Positions 1-13,247 of a stretch of DNA of 64,000 nucleotides are shown here, one piece after another. Below the pieces are notes generated by a model, which worked only from the letters and a program-made list of their open reading frames with translations, did not search any database and was not told the DNA's origin. The position numbers were made by a program, and so were the translations under genes. The stretch is from the human T2T-CHM13v2.0 reference genome, Homo sapiens, in assembly GCF_009914755.1 (NCBI RefSeq), contig NC_060939.1. The stretch is one strand, 5' to 3'. The stretch's first letter is position 1. Every line of letters begins with the position of its first letter.

Positions 1-451
1 GACATATCTCTGCACTGATCTCCCAGGTGCTGAAACTTTAGTCTAGGCACTGACTACACGGCATTGTGACATATCACTGCACTGAACACCCAGGCGATAT
101 AACTCTTCTCTAGGATCTGACCACAGGGTGCTTTGTGACATATCCCTGCAATGATCACCCAGGTGATATACCACTTGCCATGGCTCTGCGTACAGGGGCA
201 TTGCAATGTATCTCTGCACTGATCACCTAGGTCTTGTAGCTATTTTCTAGGATCTGCCTACAGTGTTCTTTGTGACGTGTCCCAGCAAGGATTACCCAGG
301 TGATGTACCTCTCATCAAGGCTCTGCCTACAGGCACATTGTGATGTATCTCTGCACTGATCACCTCGGTCATGTAACTTTTTTCTAGGCTCTACCTACGA
401 TGGCATTGTGACATATCTCTGCACTAATCATCCAAGTGATGTAACTCTTGT

Positions 452-2288
452 CTAGGATGTGCCTAACTTAACTTTTTGACATAACCCTGTACTGATCATC
501 CAGGTGATGGAGCTTTTGTCTAGGCTCTGCCTAAGGGGGCATTGTGACATATTTCTGCATTGATCACCCAGGTGGCGAACTCTTCTCTCGGATCTGCCTA
601 TGGGGGCATTGTGAGAAATCTCTGCACTGATCACCCAGGTGATGTAACTGTTGTGTAACCTCTGCCTACAGGGGAATTGTGAGAGATCTCGTCACTCATT
701 ACCCAAGTGATGTAACCATTGCCTAGGCTTTGCGTACAGGGGGCTTTGTGACATACCTTTGCACTGATCACCCAGGTGATGTAACACATCTAAGTTCGGC
801 CTAAAGGAGCTTTGTGACATATCTCTGCACTGATCACTTAGGTGATGTAACACTTTTATAATCACTGCCTACAGGGAATTTTGACAAATCTCTGCACTGA
901 TCACCTAGGTGATGTAACTCTTGTCTACCCTCTGTCCAACGGGGCATTGTGAAATATCTCTGCACTGATCACCCAGGTGATTCAACTCTTGACTAGGAAC
1001 TGCCTACAGAGGTTATTGTGAATTATCTCTGCACTGATAAACTAGGTGGTGTAACCCTTGTCCAAGCTCTGCCTACAGGGGCGTTTCCACATATCCCTGA
1101 ACTGATGACAAAGGTGATGTAACTCTTGCCTAGGCTTTGCCTACAGGGAACATTGGACATATATCTGCACTGATCACCCAGGTGATGCAACTCTTGTCTA
1201 GGCTTTGCCTACAGGGGACATTGTGACATATCTCTTCAATGATCACTCATGTGATGCATCTCTTGCCTAGGCTTTGCCTACAGGGGACATTGTGACATAT
1301 CTCTGCACTGATCTCCCAGGTGCTGTAACATTAGTCTAGGCTCTGGCTACACGGCATTGTCACCTACCTCTGCACTGATCACCCAGGTGATATAACTCTT
1401 TTCTAGGATCTGCCTACAGGGTACTTTGTGACATATCCCTGCACTGATCACCCAGGTGATCTAACTCTGGTCTAAGCTCTGCCTAAAGGGGCATTGTGAC
1501 AGATCTCTGCACTGATCACTCTGGTGATGTAAGTATTGTCTAGGCTCTGCTTCAAGGGGCCTTGTCACATATCTCTGCACTGATCACCCAGGTGATGTAA
1601 CTCTTGTCTAGGCTCTGCTTCCAGGGCATATTGTGACATATCTATGCACTGATCACCTTAGTGATGTAACCCTTTGGTAGGCTCGGCCTACAGGGGAATC
1701 TTGACATATCTCTGCACTGTTAACCGAGGTGATTTAACTCTTGTCTAGGCTGTGCCCACAGGGGGATTGAGACATTCTCTGCACTGATCCCGAGGTGATA
1801 CAACTCTTGCCTTGTCTCTGCCTACTGTGGAAATTGTGACATATCTCTGCACTGATCTCCCAGGTGCTGTAACTTTACTCTAGGCTCTGGCTACACGGCA
1901 TTGTGACACATCACTGCACTGATCACCCAGGCGATATAACTTTTCTCTAGGATCTGAACACAGGGTGCTTTGTGACATATCCCTGCAATGATCACCCAGG
2001 TGATATACCACTTGCCAAGGCTCTGCCTACAGGGGCATTGCAATGTATCTCTGCACTGATCACCTAGGTCTTGTAGCTATTTTCTAGGATCTGCCTACAG
2101 GGTGCTTTGTGACGTGTCCCAGCAAGGATTACCCAGGTGATGTACCTCTCATCAAGGCTCTGCCTACAGGCACATTGTGATGTATCTCTGCACTGATCAC
2201 CTCGGTCATGTAACTTTTTTCTAGGCTCTACCTACGATGGCATTGTGACATATCTCTGCACTAATCATCCAAGTGATGTAACTCTTGT
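452..2288 (+). repeat. 27-mer HOR variant (M14/M15 fusion), 1837 bp
   Basis: At about 1345-1376, GGCTACACGGCATTGT (M14) runs directly into CACCTACCTCTGCACT (M15 tail). The same structure is in the units at 48032 and 51433. Confidence 0.9.
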
Positions 2289-3852
2289 CTAGGATGTGCC
2301 TAACTTAACTTTTTGACATAACCCTGTACTGATCATCCAGGTGATGGAGCTTTTGTCTAGGCTCTGCCTAAGGGGGCATTGTGACATATTTCTGCATTGA
2401 TCACCCAGGTGGCGAACTCTTCTCTCGGATCTGCCTATGGGGGCATTGTGAGAAATCTCTGCACTGATCACCCAGGTGATGTAACTGTTGTGTAACCTCT
2501 GCCTACAGGGGAATTGTGAGAGATCTCGTCACTGATTACCCAAGTGATGTAACCAATGTCTAGGCTTTGCGTACAGGGGGCTTTGTTACATACCTTTGCA
2601 CTGATCACCCAGGTGATGTAACACATCTAAGTTCGGCCTTAAGGAGCTTTGTGACATATCTCTGCACTGATCACTTAGGTGATGTAACACTTTTATAATC
2701 ACTGCCTACAGGGAATTTTGACAAATCTCTGCACTGATCACCTAGGTGATGTAACTCTTGTCTACCCTCTGTCCAACGGGGCATTGTGAAATATCTCTGC
2801 ACTGCTCACCCAGGTGATTCAACTCTTGACTAGGAACTGCCTAGAGAGGTTATTGTGAAATATCTCTGCACTGATAAACTAGGGGGTGTAACACTGGTCC
2901 AAGCTCTGCCTACAGGGTCGTTTCCACATATCCCTGAGCTGATGACAAAGGTGATGTAACTCTTGCCTAGGCTTTTCCTACAGGGAACATTGGACATATA
3001 TCTGCACTGATCACCCAGGTGATCTTACACTGGTCTAATCTCTGCCTAAAGGGGCATTGTGACAGATCTCTGCACTGATCACTCTGGTGACGTAAGTATT
3101 GTCTAGGCTCTGCTTCAAGGGGCCTTGTCACATATCTCTGCACTGATCACCCAGGTGATGTAACTCTTGTCTAGGCTCTGCTTCCAGGGCATATTGTGAC
3201 ATATCTATGCACTGATCACCTTAGTGATGTAACACTTTGGTAGGCTCGGCCTACAGGGGAATCTTGACATATCTCTGCACTGTTAACCGAGGTGATTTAA
3301 CTCTTGTCTAGGCTGTGCCCACAGGGGGATTGAGACATATTTCTGCACTGATCCCGAGGTGATACAACTCTTGCCTGGTCTCTGCCTACTGTGGACATTG
3401 TGACATATCTCTGCACTGATCTCCCAGGTGCTGAAACTTTAGTCTAGGCTCTGACTACACGGCATTGTGACATATCACTGCACTGAACACCCAGGCGATA
3501 TAACTCTTCTCTAGGATCTGACCACAGGGGGCTTTGTGACATATCCCTGCAATGATCACCCAGGTGATATACCACTTGCCAAGGCTCTGCCTACAGGGGC
3601 ATTGCAATGTATCTCTGCACTGATCACCTAGGTCTTGTAGCTATTTTCTAGGATCTGCCTACAGGGTTCTTTGTGACGTGTCCCAGCAAGGATTACCCAG
3701 GTGATGTACCTCTCATCAAGGCTCTGCCTACAGGCACATTGTGATGTATCTCTGCACTGATCACCTAGGTCATGTAACTTTTTTCTAGGCTCTACCTACG
3801 ATGGCATTGTGACATATCTCTGCACTAATCATCCAAGTGATGTAACTCTTGT
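2289..3852 (+). repeat. 23-mer HOR variant (M12-M16 deleted), 1564 bp
   Basis: M11 (...GGAACATTGGACATATATCTGCACT) is followed at about 3009 directly by an M17-type monomer (GATCACCCAGGTGATCTTACACTGGTCTAA). The same structure is in the units at 49869 and 53270. Confidence 0.9.
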
Positions 3853-5757
3853 CTAGGATGTGCCTAAATTAACTTTTTGACATAACCCTGTACTGATCAT
3901 CCAGGTGATGGAGATTTTGTCTAGGCTCTGCCTAAGGGGGCATTGTGACATATTTCTGCATTGATCACCCAGGTGGCGAACTCTTCTCTCGGATCTGCCT
4001 ATGGGGACATTGTGAGAAATCTCTGCACTGATCACCCAGGTGATGTAACTGTTGTGTAACCTCTGCCTACAGGGGAATTGTGAGAGATCTCGTCACTCAT
4101 TACCCAAGTGATGTAACCATTGCCTAGGCTTTGCGTACAGGGGGCTTTGTGACATACCTTTGCACTGATCACCCAGGTGATGTAACACATCTAAGTTCGG
4201 CCTAAAGGAGCTTTGTGACATATCTCTGCACTGATCACTTAGGTGATGTAACACTTTTATAATCACTGCCTACAGGGAATTTTGACAAATCTCTGCACTG
4301 ATCACCTAGGTGATGTAACTCTTGTCTACCCTCTGTCCAATGGGGCATTGTGAAATATCTCTGCACTGATCACCCAGGTGATTCAACTCTTGACTAGGAA
4401 CTGCCTACAGAGGTTATTGTGAAATATCTCTGCACTGATCAACAAGGTGGTGTAAACCTTGTCCAAGTGCTGCCTACAGGGGCGTTTCCATATATCCCTG
4501 AACTGATGACAAAGGTGATGTAACTCTTTCCTAGGCTATGCCTACAGGGTACATTGGACATATATCTGCACTGATCACCCAGGTGATGCAAATCTTGCCT
4601 AGGGTTTGCCTTCAGGGGACATCGTGACATATCTCTTCAATGATCACTCATGTGATGCATCTCTTGCCTATGCTTTGCCTACAGGGGACATTGTGACATA
4701 TCTCACCACTGATCTCCCAGGTGCTGTAACTTTAGTCTAGGCTCTGGCTACACGGCATTGTGACATATCACTGCACTGATCAACCAGGTGATATAACTCT
4801 TGTATAGGCTCTGCCTACAGGGGGATTGTGACCTACCTCTACACTGATCACCCAGGTGATACAACTCTTCTCTAGTATCTGCCTACAAGTACTTTGTGAC
4901 ATATCCCTGCACTGATCACCCAGGTGATCTAACTCTGGTCTAAGCTCTTCCTAAAGGGGCATTGTGACAGATCTCTGCACTGATCACTCTGGAGATGTAA
5001 GGATTGTCTAGGCTCTGCTTCAAGGGGCCTTGTCACATATCTCTGCACTGATCACCCAGGTGATGTAACTCTTGTTTAGGCTCTGCTTCGAGGGCATATT
5101 GTGACATATCTATGCACTGATCACCTTAGTGATGTAACACTTTGGTAGGCTCGGTCTACAGGGGAATCTTGACATATCTCTGCACTGTTAACCGAGGTGA
5201 TTTAACTCTTGTCTAGGCTGTGCCCACAGGGGGATTGAGACATATCTCTGCAGTAATCCCGAGGTGATACAACTCTTGCCTGGTCTCCGCCTACTGTGGA
5301 CATTGTGACATAACTCTGCACTGATCTCCCAGGTGCTGTAACTTTAGTCTAGGCTCTGGCTACACGGCATTGTGACATATCACTGCACTGATCACCCAGG
5401 CGATATAACTCTTCTCTAGGATCTGACCACAGGGTGCTTTTTGACATATCCCTGCAATGATCACCCAGGTGATATACCACTTGCCAAGGCTCTGCCTACA
5501 GGGGCATTACAATGTATCTCTGCACTGATCACCTAGGTCTTGTAGCTATTTTCTAGGATCTGCCTACAGGGTGCTTTGTGACGTGTCCCAGCAAGGATTA
5601 CCCAGGTGATGTACCTCTCATCAAGTCCCTGCCTACAGGCACATTGTGATGTATCTCTGCACTGATCACCTCGGTCATGTAAATTTTTTCTAGGCTCTAC
5701 CAACGACGGCATTCTGACATATCTCTGCACTAATCATCCAAGTGATGTAACTCTTGT

Positions 5758-7595
5758 CTAGGATGTGCCTAAATTAACTTTTTGACATAACCCTGTACTG
5801 ATCATCCAGGTGTTGGAGCTTTTGTCTGGGCTCTGCCTAAGGGGGCATTGTGACATATTTCTGCATTGATCACCCAGGTGGCGAACTCTACTCTCGGATC
5901 TGCCTATGGGGGCATTTTGAGAAATCTCTGCACTGATCACCAAGGTGATGTAACTGTTGTGTAACCTCTGTCTACAGGGGAATTGTGAGAGATCTCGCCA
6001 CTGATTACCCAAGTGATGTAATCGTTGTCTAGGCTTTGCGTACAGGGGGCTTTGTGACATACCTTTGCACTGATCACCCAGGTGATGTAACACATCTAAG
6101 TTCGGCCTAAAGGAGCTTTGTGACATATCTCTGCACTGATCGCTTAGGTGATGTAACACTTTTATAATCACTGGCTACAGGGAATTTTGACAAACCTCTG
6201 CACTGGTCACCTAGGTGATGTAACTCTTGTCTACCCTCTGTCCAACGGGGCATTGTGAAATATCTCTGCACTGATCACCCAGGTGATTCAACTCTAGACT
6301 AGGGACTGCCTACAGAGGTTATTGTGAAATATCTCTGCACTGATAAACTAGGTGGTGTAACCCTTGTCCAAGCTCTGCCTACAGGGGCGTTTCCACATAT
6401 CCCTGAACTGATGACAGAGGTGATGTAACTCTTGCCTAGGCTTTGCCTACAGGGAACATTGGACATATATCTGCACTGATTACCCAGGTGATGCAACTCT
6501 TTCCTAGGCTTTGCCTACAGGGGACATTGTGACATATCTCTTCAATGATCACTCATGTGATGCATCTCTTGCCTAGGCTTTGCCTACAGGGGACATTGTG
6601 ACATATCTCTGCACTGATGTCCCAGGTTCCGTAACTTTAGTCTAAGCTCTGGCTACACGGCATTGTGACATATCACTGCACTGATCAACCAGGTGATATA
6701 ACTCTTGCATAGGCTCTGCCTACAGGGGGATTGTGACCTACCTCTGCACTGATCACCCAGGTGATATAACTCTTCTCTAGGATCTTCCTACAGGGTACTT
6801 TGTGACATATCCCTGCACTGGTCACCCAGGTGATTTATCTCTGGTCTAAGCTCTGCCTAAAGGGGCCTTGTCACATATCTCTGCACTGATCACCCAGGTG
6901 ATGTAACTCTTGTCTAGGCTCTGCTTCCTGGGCATATTGTGACATATCTATGCACTGATCACCTTAGTGATGTAACACTTTGGTAGGCTAGGCCTACAGG
7001 GGAATCTTGACATATCTCTGCACTGTTAACCGAGGTGATTTAACTCTTGTCTAGGCTGCGCCCACAGGGGGATTGAGACATATCTCTGCACTGATCCCGA
7101 GGTGATACAACTCTTGCCTGGTCTCTGCCTACTGTGGACATTGTGACATATCTCTGCACTGATCTCCCAGGTGCTGTAACTTTAGTCTAGGCTCTGGCTA
7201 CACGGCATTGTGACATATCACTGCACTGATCACCCAGGCGATATAACTCTTCTCTAGGATCTGACCACAGGGTGCTTTGTGACATATCCCTGCAATGATC
7301 ACCCAGGTGATATACCACTTGCCAAGGCTCTGCCTACAGGGGCATTGCAATGTATCTCTGCACTGATCACCTAGGTCTTGTAGCTATTTTCTAGGATCTG
7401 CCTACAGGGTGCTTTGTGAGGTGTCCCAGCAAGGATTACCCAGGTGATGTACCTCTCATCAAGGCTCTGCCTACAGGCACATTGTGATGTATCTCTGCAC
7501 TGATCACCTAGGACATGTAACTTTTTTCTAGGCTCTACCTACGATGGCATTGTGACATATCTCTGCACTAATCATCCAAGTGATGTAACTCTTGT
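5758..7595 (+). repeat. 27-mer HOR variant (M17/M18 fusion), 1838 bp
   Basis: At about 6850-6887, CTCTGCCTAAAGGGG (M17) continues as CCTTGTCACATATC (M18 tail), followed by M19. The same structure is in the unit at 56739. Confidence 0.9.
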
Positions 7596-9437
7596 CTAGG
7601 ATGTGCCTAAATTAACTTTTTGACATAACCCTGTACTGATCATCCAGGTGATGGAGCTTTTGTCTAGGCTCTGCCTAAGGGGGCATTGTGACATATTTCT
7701 GCATTGATCCCCCAGGTGTCGAACTCTTCTCTCATATCTGCCTATGGGGGCATTGTGAGAAATCTCTGTACTGATCACCCAGGTGATGTAACTGTTGTGT
7801 AACCTCTGCCTACAGGGGAATTGTGAGAGATCTCGCAACTGATTACCCAAGTGATGTAACCGTTGTCTAGGCTTTGCGTACAGGGGACTTTGTGACATAC
7901 CTTTGCACTGATCACCCAGGTGATGTAACACATCTAAGTTCGGCCTAAAGGAGCTTTGTGACATATCTCTGCACTGATCACTTAGGTGATGTAACACTTT
8001 TATAATCACTGCCTACAGGGAATTTTGACAAATCTCTGCACTGATCACCTAGGTGATGTAACTCTTGTCTACCCTCTGTCCAACGGGGCATTGTGAAATA
8101 TCTCTGCACTGATCACCCAGGTTATTCATCTTTTCACTAGGAACTGCCTACAGAGGTTATTGTGAAATATCTCTGCACTGATAAACTAGGTGGTGTAACC
8201 CTTCTCCAAGCTCTGCCTACAGGGACGTTTCCACATATCCCTGAACTGATGACAGAGGTGATGTAACTCTTGCCTAGGCTTTGCCTACAGGGAACATTGT
8301 GACATATCTCTTCAATTATCACTCATGTGATGCATCTCTTGCCTATGCTTTGCCTACAGGGGACATTGTGACATATCTCTTCACTGATCTCCAAGGTGCT
8401 GTAACTTTATTCTAGGCTCTGGCTACACGGCATTGTGACATATCACTGCACTGATCAACCAGGTGATATAACCCTTGTATAGGCTCTGCCTACAGGAGGA
8501 TTGTGACCTACCTCTGCACTGATCACCCAGGTGATATAACTCTTCTCTAGGATCTGCCTACAGGGTACTTTGTGACATATCCCTGCACTGATCACCCAGG
8601 TGATCTAACTCTGGTCTAAGCTCTGCCTAAAGGGGCATTGTGACAGATCTCTGCACTGATCACTCTGGTGATGTAAGTATTGTCTAGGCTCTGCTTCAAG
8701 GGGCCTTGTCACATATCTCTGCACTGATCACCCAGGTGTTTTAACTCTTGTCTAAGGCTCTGCTTCCAGAGCATATTGTGACATATCTATGCCCTGATCA
8801 CCTTAGTGATGTAACGCTTTGGTAGGCTCGGCCTACAGGGGAATCTTGACATATCTCTGCACTGTTAACCGAGGTGACTTAACTCTTGTCTAGGCTGTGC
8901 CCACAGGGGTATTGAGACATATCTCTGCACTGATCCCGAGGTGATACAACTCTTGCCTGGTCTCTGCCTACTGTGGACATTGTGACATATCTCTGCAATG
9001 ATCTCCCAGGTGCTGTAACTTTAGTCTAGGCTCTGAATTCACGGGCATTGTGACTTATCACTGCACTGATCACCCAGGCGATATAACTCTTCTCTAGGAT
9101 CTGACCACAGGGTGCTTTGTGACATATCCCTGCAATGATCACCCAGGTGATATACCACTTGCCAAGGCTCTGCCTACAGGGGCATTGCAATGTATCTCTG
9201 CACTGATCACCTAGGTCTTTGTAGCCTATTTTCTAGGATCTGCCTACAGGGTTCTTTGTGACGTGTCCCAGCAAGGATTACCCAGGTGACGTACCTCTCA
9301 TCAAGACTCTGCCTACAGGCACATTGTGATGTATCTCTGCACTGATCACCTAGGTCATGTAACTTTTTTCTAGGCTCTACCTACGATGGCATTGTGACAT
9401 ATCTCTGCACTAATCATCCAAGTGATGTAACTCTTGT
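7596..9437 (+). repeat. 27-mer HOR variant (M11/M12 fusion), 1842 bp here and 1838 bp in the macro-repeat copy at 58577
   Basis: At about 8248-8316, GATGACAGAGG...CAGGGAACATTG (M11) continues as TGACATATCTCTTCAAT (M12 tail). Confidence 0.9.
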
Positions 9438-12400
9438 CTAGGATGTGCCTAAATTAACTTTTTGACATAACCCTGTACTGATCATCCAGGTGATGGAGCT
9501 TTTGTCTAGGCTCTGCCTAAGGGGGCATTGTGACATATTTCTGCATTGATCACCCAGGTGGCGAACTCTTCTCTCGGATCTGCCTATGGGGGCATTGTGA
9601 GAAATATCTGCACTGATCACCCAGGTGATGTAACAGTTGTGTAACCTCTGCCTACAGGGGAATTGTGAGAGATCTCGTCACTGATTACCCAAGTGATGTA
9701 ACCGTTGTCTAGGCTTTGTGTACAAGGGGCTTTGTGACATACATTTGCACTGATCACCCAGGTGATGTAATTCATCTAAGTTCGGCCTAAAGGAGCTTTG
9801 TGACATATCTCTGCACTGATCATTTAGGTGATGTAACACTTTTATAATCACTGCCTACAAGGAATTTTGACAAATCTCTGCACTGATCACCTAGGTGATG
9901 TAACTCTTGTCTACCCTCTGTCCAACGGGGCATTGTGAAATATCTCTGCACTGATCACCCAGGTGATTCAACTCTTGACTAGGAACTGCCTACAGAGGTT
10001 ATTGTGAAATATCTCTGCACTGATAAACTAGGTGGTGTAACCCTTGTCCAAGCTCTGCCTTCAGGGGCGTTTCCACATATCCCTGAACTGATGACAAAAG
10101 TCATGTAACTCTTGCCTAGGCTTTGCCTACAGGGAACATTGGACATATATCTGCACTGATCACCCAGGTGTTGCAACTCTTGCCTTGGCTTTGCCTACAG
10201 GGGACATCGTGACATATCTCTTCAATGATCTCTCATGTGATGCATCTCTTGCCTAGGCTTTGCCTACAGGGGACATTGTGACATATCTCTGCACTGATCT
10301 CCCAGGTGCTGTAACTTTAGTCTAAGCTCTGGCTACAAGGCATTGTGACATATCACTGCACTGATCAACCAGGTGATATAACTCTTGCATAGGCTCTGCC
10401 TACAGGGGGATTGTGACCTACCTCTGCACTGATCACCCAGGTGATATAACTCTTCTCTAGGATCTTCCTACAGGGTACTTTGTGACATATCCCTGCACTG
10501 ATCACCCAGGTGATTTATCTCTGGTCTAAGCTCTGCCTAAAGGGGCCTTGTCACATATCTCTGCACTAATCACTCTGGTGATGTAAGTATTTTCTAGGCT
10601 CTGCTTCAAGGGGCCTTGTCACATACCTCTGCACTGATCACCCAGGTGATGTAACTCTTGTCTAGGCTCTGCTTCCAGGGCATATTGTGACATATCTATG
10701 CACTGATCACCTTAGTGATGTAACACTTTGGTAGGCTCGGCCTACAGGGGAATCTTGACATATCTCTGCACTGTTAACAGAGGTGACTTAACTCTTGTCT
10801 AGGCTGTGCCCACAGGGGGATTGAGACATATCTCTGCACTGATCCCGAGGTGATACAACTCTTGTCTGGTCTCTGCCTTCTGTGGACATTGTGACATATC
10901 TCTGCAATGATCTCCCAGGTGCTGTAACTTTAGTCTAGGCTCTGGCTACACGGCATTGTGACATATCACTGCAATGATCACCCAGGCGATATAACTCTTC
11001 TCTAGGATCTGACCACAGGGTGCTTTGTGATATATCCCTGCAATGATAACCCAGGTGATATACCACTTGCCAAGGCTCTGCCTACAGGGGCATTGCAATG
11101 TATCTCTGCACTGATCACCTAGGTCTTGTAGCTATTTTCTAGGATCTGCCTACAGGGTTCTTTGTGACGTGTCCCAGCAAGGATTACCCAGGTGACGTAC
11201 CTCTCATCAAGACTCTGCCTACAGGCACATTGTGATGTATCTCTGCACTGATCACCCAGGTCATGTAACTTTTTCTAGGCTCTACCTATGATGGCATTGT
11301 GACATATCTCTGCACTAATCATCCAAGTGATGTAACCCTTGTCTAGGATGTGCCTAAATTAACTTTTTGACATAACCCTGTACTGATCATCCAGGTGATG
11401 GAGCTTTTGTCTAGGCTCTGCCTAAGGGGGCATTGTGACATATTTCTGCATTGATCACCCAGGTGGCAAACTCTTCTCTCGGATCTGCCTATGGGGGCAT
11501 TGTGAGAAATCTCTGCACTGATAACCCAGGTGATGTAACTGTTGTGTAACCTCTGCCTACAGGGGAATTGTGAGAGATCTCGTCACTGATTACCCAAGTG
11601 ATGTAACCGATGTCTAGGCATTGCATACAGGGGGCTTTGTGACATACATTTGCACTGATCACCCAGGTGATGTAACACATCTAAGTTCGGCCTAAAGGAG
11701 CTTTGTGACATATCTCTGCACTGATCACTTAGGTGATGTAACACTTTTATAATCACTGCCTACAGGGAATTTTGACAAATCTCTGCACTGATCACCTAGG
11801 TGATGTCACTCTTGTCTACCCTCTGTGCAACGGGGCCTTGTGAAATATCTCTGCACTGATCACCCAGGTGATTCAACTCTTGACTAGGAACTGCCTACAG
11901 AGTTTATTGTGAAATATCTCTGCACTGATAAACTAGGTGGTGTAAACCTTGTCCAAGCTCTGCCTACAGGGGCGTTTCCACATATCCCTGAACTGATGAC
12001 AAAGGTGATGTAACTCTTGCCTAGGCTTTGCCTACAGGGAACATTTGACATATATCTGCACTGATCACCCAGGTGATGCAACTCTTGCCTAGGCTTTGCC
12101 TACAGGGGACATTGTGACATATCTCTTCAATGATCACTCATGTGATGCATCTCTTGCCTAGGCTTTGCCTACAGGTGACATTGTGACATATCTCTGCACT
12201 GATCTCCCAGGTGCTGTAACTTTAGTCTAGGCTCTGGCTACACGGCATTGTGACATATCACTGCACTGATCAACCAGGTGATATAACTCTTGTATAGGCC
12301 TCTGCCTACAGGGGGATTGTGACCTACCACTGCACTGATCACCCAGGTGATATAACTCTTCTCTAGGATCTGCCTACAGGGTACTTTGTGACATATCCCT

Positions 12401-13247
12401 GCACTGATCACCCAGGTGATCTAACTCTGGTCTAAGCTCTGCCTAAAGGGGCATTGTGACAGATCTCTGCACTGATCACTCTGGTGATGTAAGTATTGTC
12501 TAGGCTCTGCTTCAAGGGGCCTTGTCATATACCTCTGCACTGATCACCCAGGTGATGTAACTCTTGTCTAGGCTCTGCTTCCAGGGCATATTGTGACATA
12601 TCTAGGCACTGATCACCTTAGTGATGTAACACTTTGGTAGGCTCGGCCTACAGGGGAATCTTGACATATCTCTGCACTGTTAACCGAGGTGATTTAACTT
12701 TTGTCTAGGCTGTGCCCACAGGGGGATTGAGACATATCTCTGCACTGATCCCGTGGTGATAAAACTCTTGCCTGGTCTCTGCCTACTGTGGACATTGAGA
12801 CATATCTCTGCACTGATCTCCCAGGTGCTGTACTTTAGTCTAGGCTGTGGCTACACGGCATTGTGACATATCACTGCACTGATCACCCAGGCGATACAGC
12901 TCTTCTCTAGGATCTGACCACAGGGTGCTTTGTGACATCTCCCTACAATGATCACCCAGGTGATATACCACTTGCCAAGGCTCTGCCTACAGGGCATTGC
13001 AATGTATCTCTGCACTGATCACCTAGGTCTTGTAGCTATTTTCTAGGATCTGCCTACAGGGTGCTTTGTGACGTGTCCCAGCAAGGATTACCCAGGTGAT
13101 GTACCTCTCATCAAGGCTCTGCCTACAGGCACATTGTGATGTATCTCTGCACTGATCACCTAGGTCATGTAACTTTTTCCTAGGCTCTACCTACGATGGC
13201 ATTGTGACATATCTCTGCACTAATCATCCAAGTGATGTAACTCTTGT

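Noticed and set aside
852-865. TTTTATAAT in M7 resembling a TATA or -10 promoter element
   Set aside because: It is a short AT-rich variant repeated once per HOR, with no downstream gene or other supporting elements.
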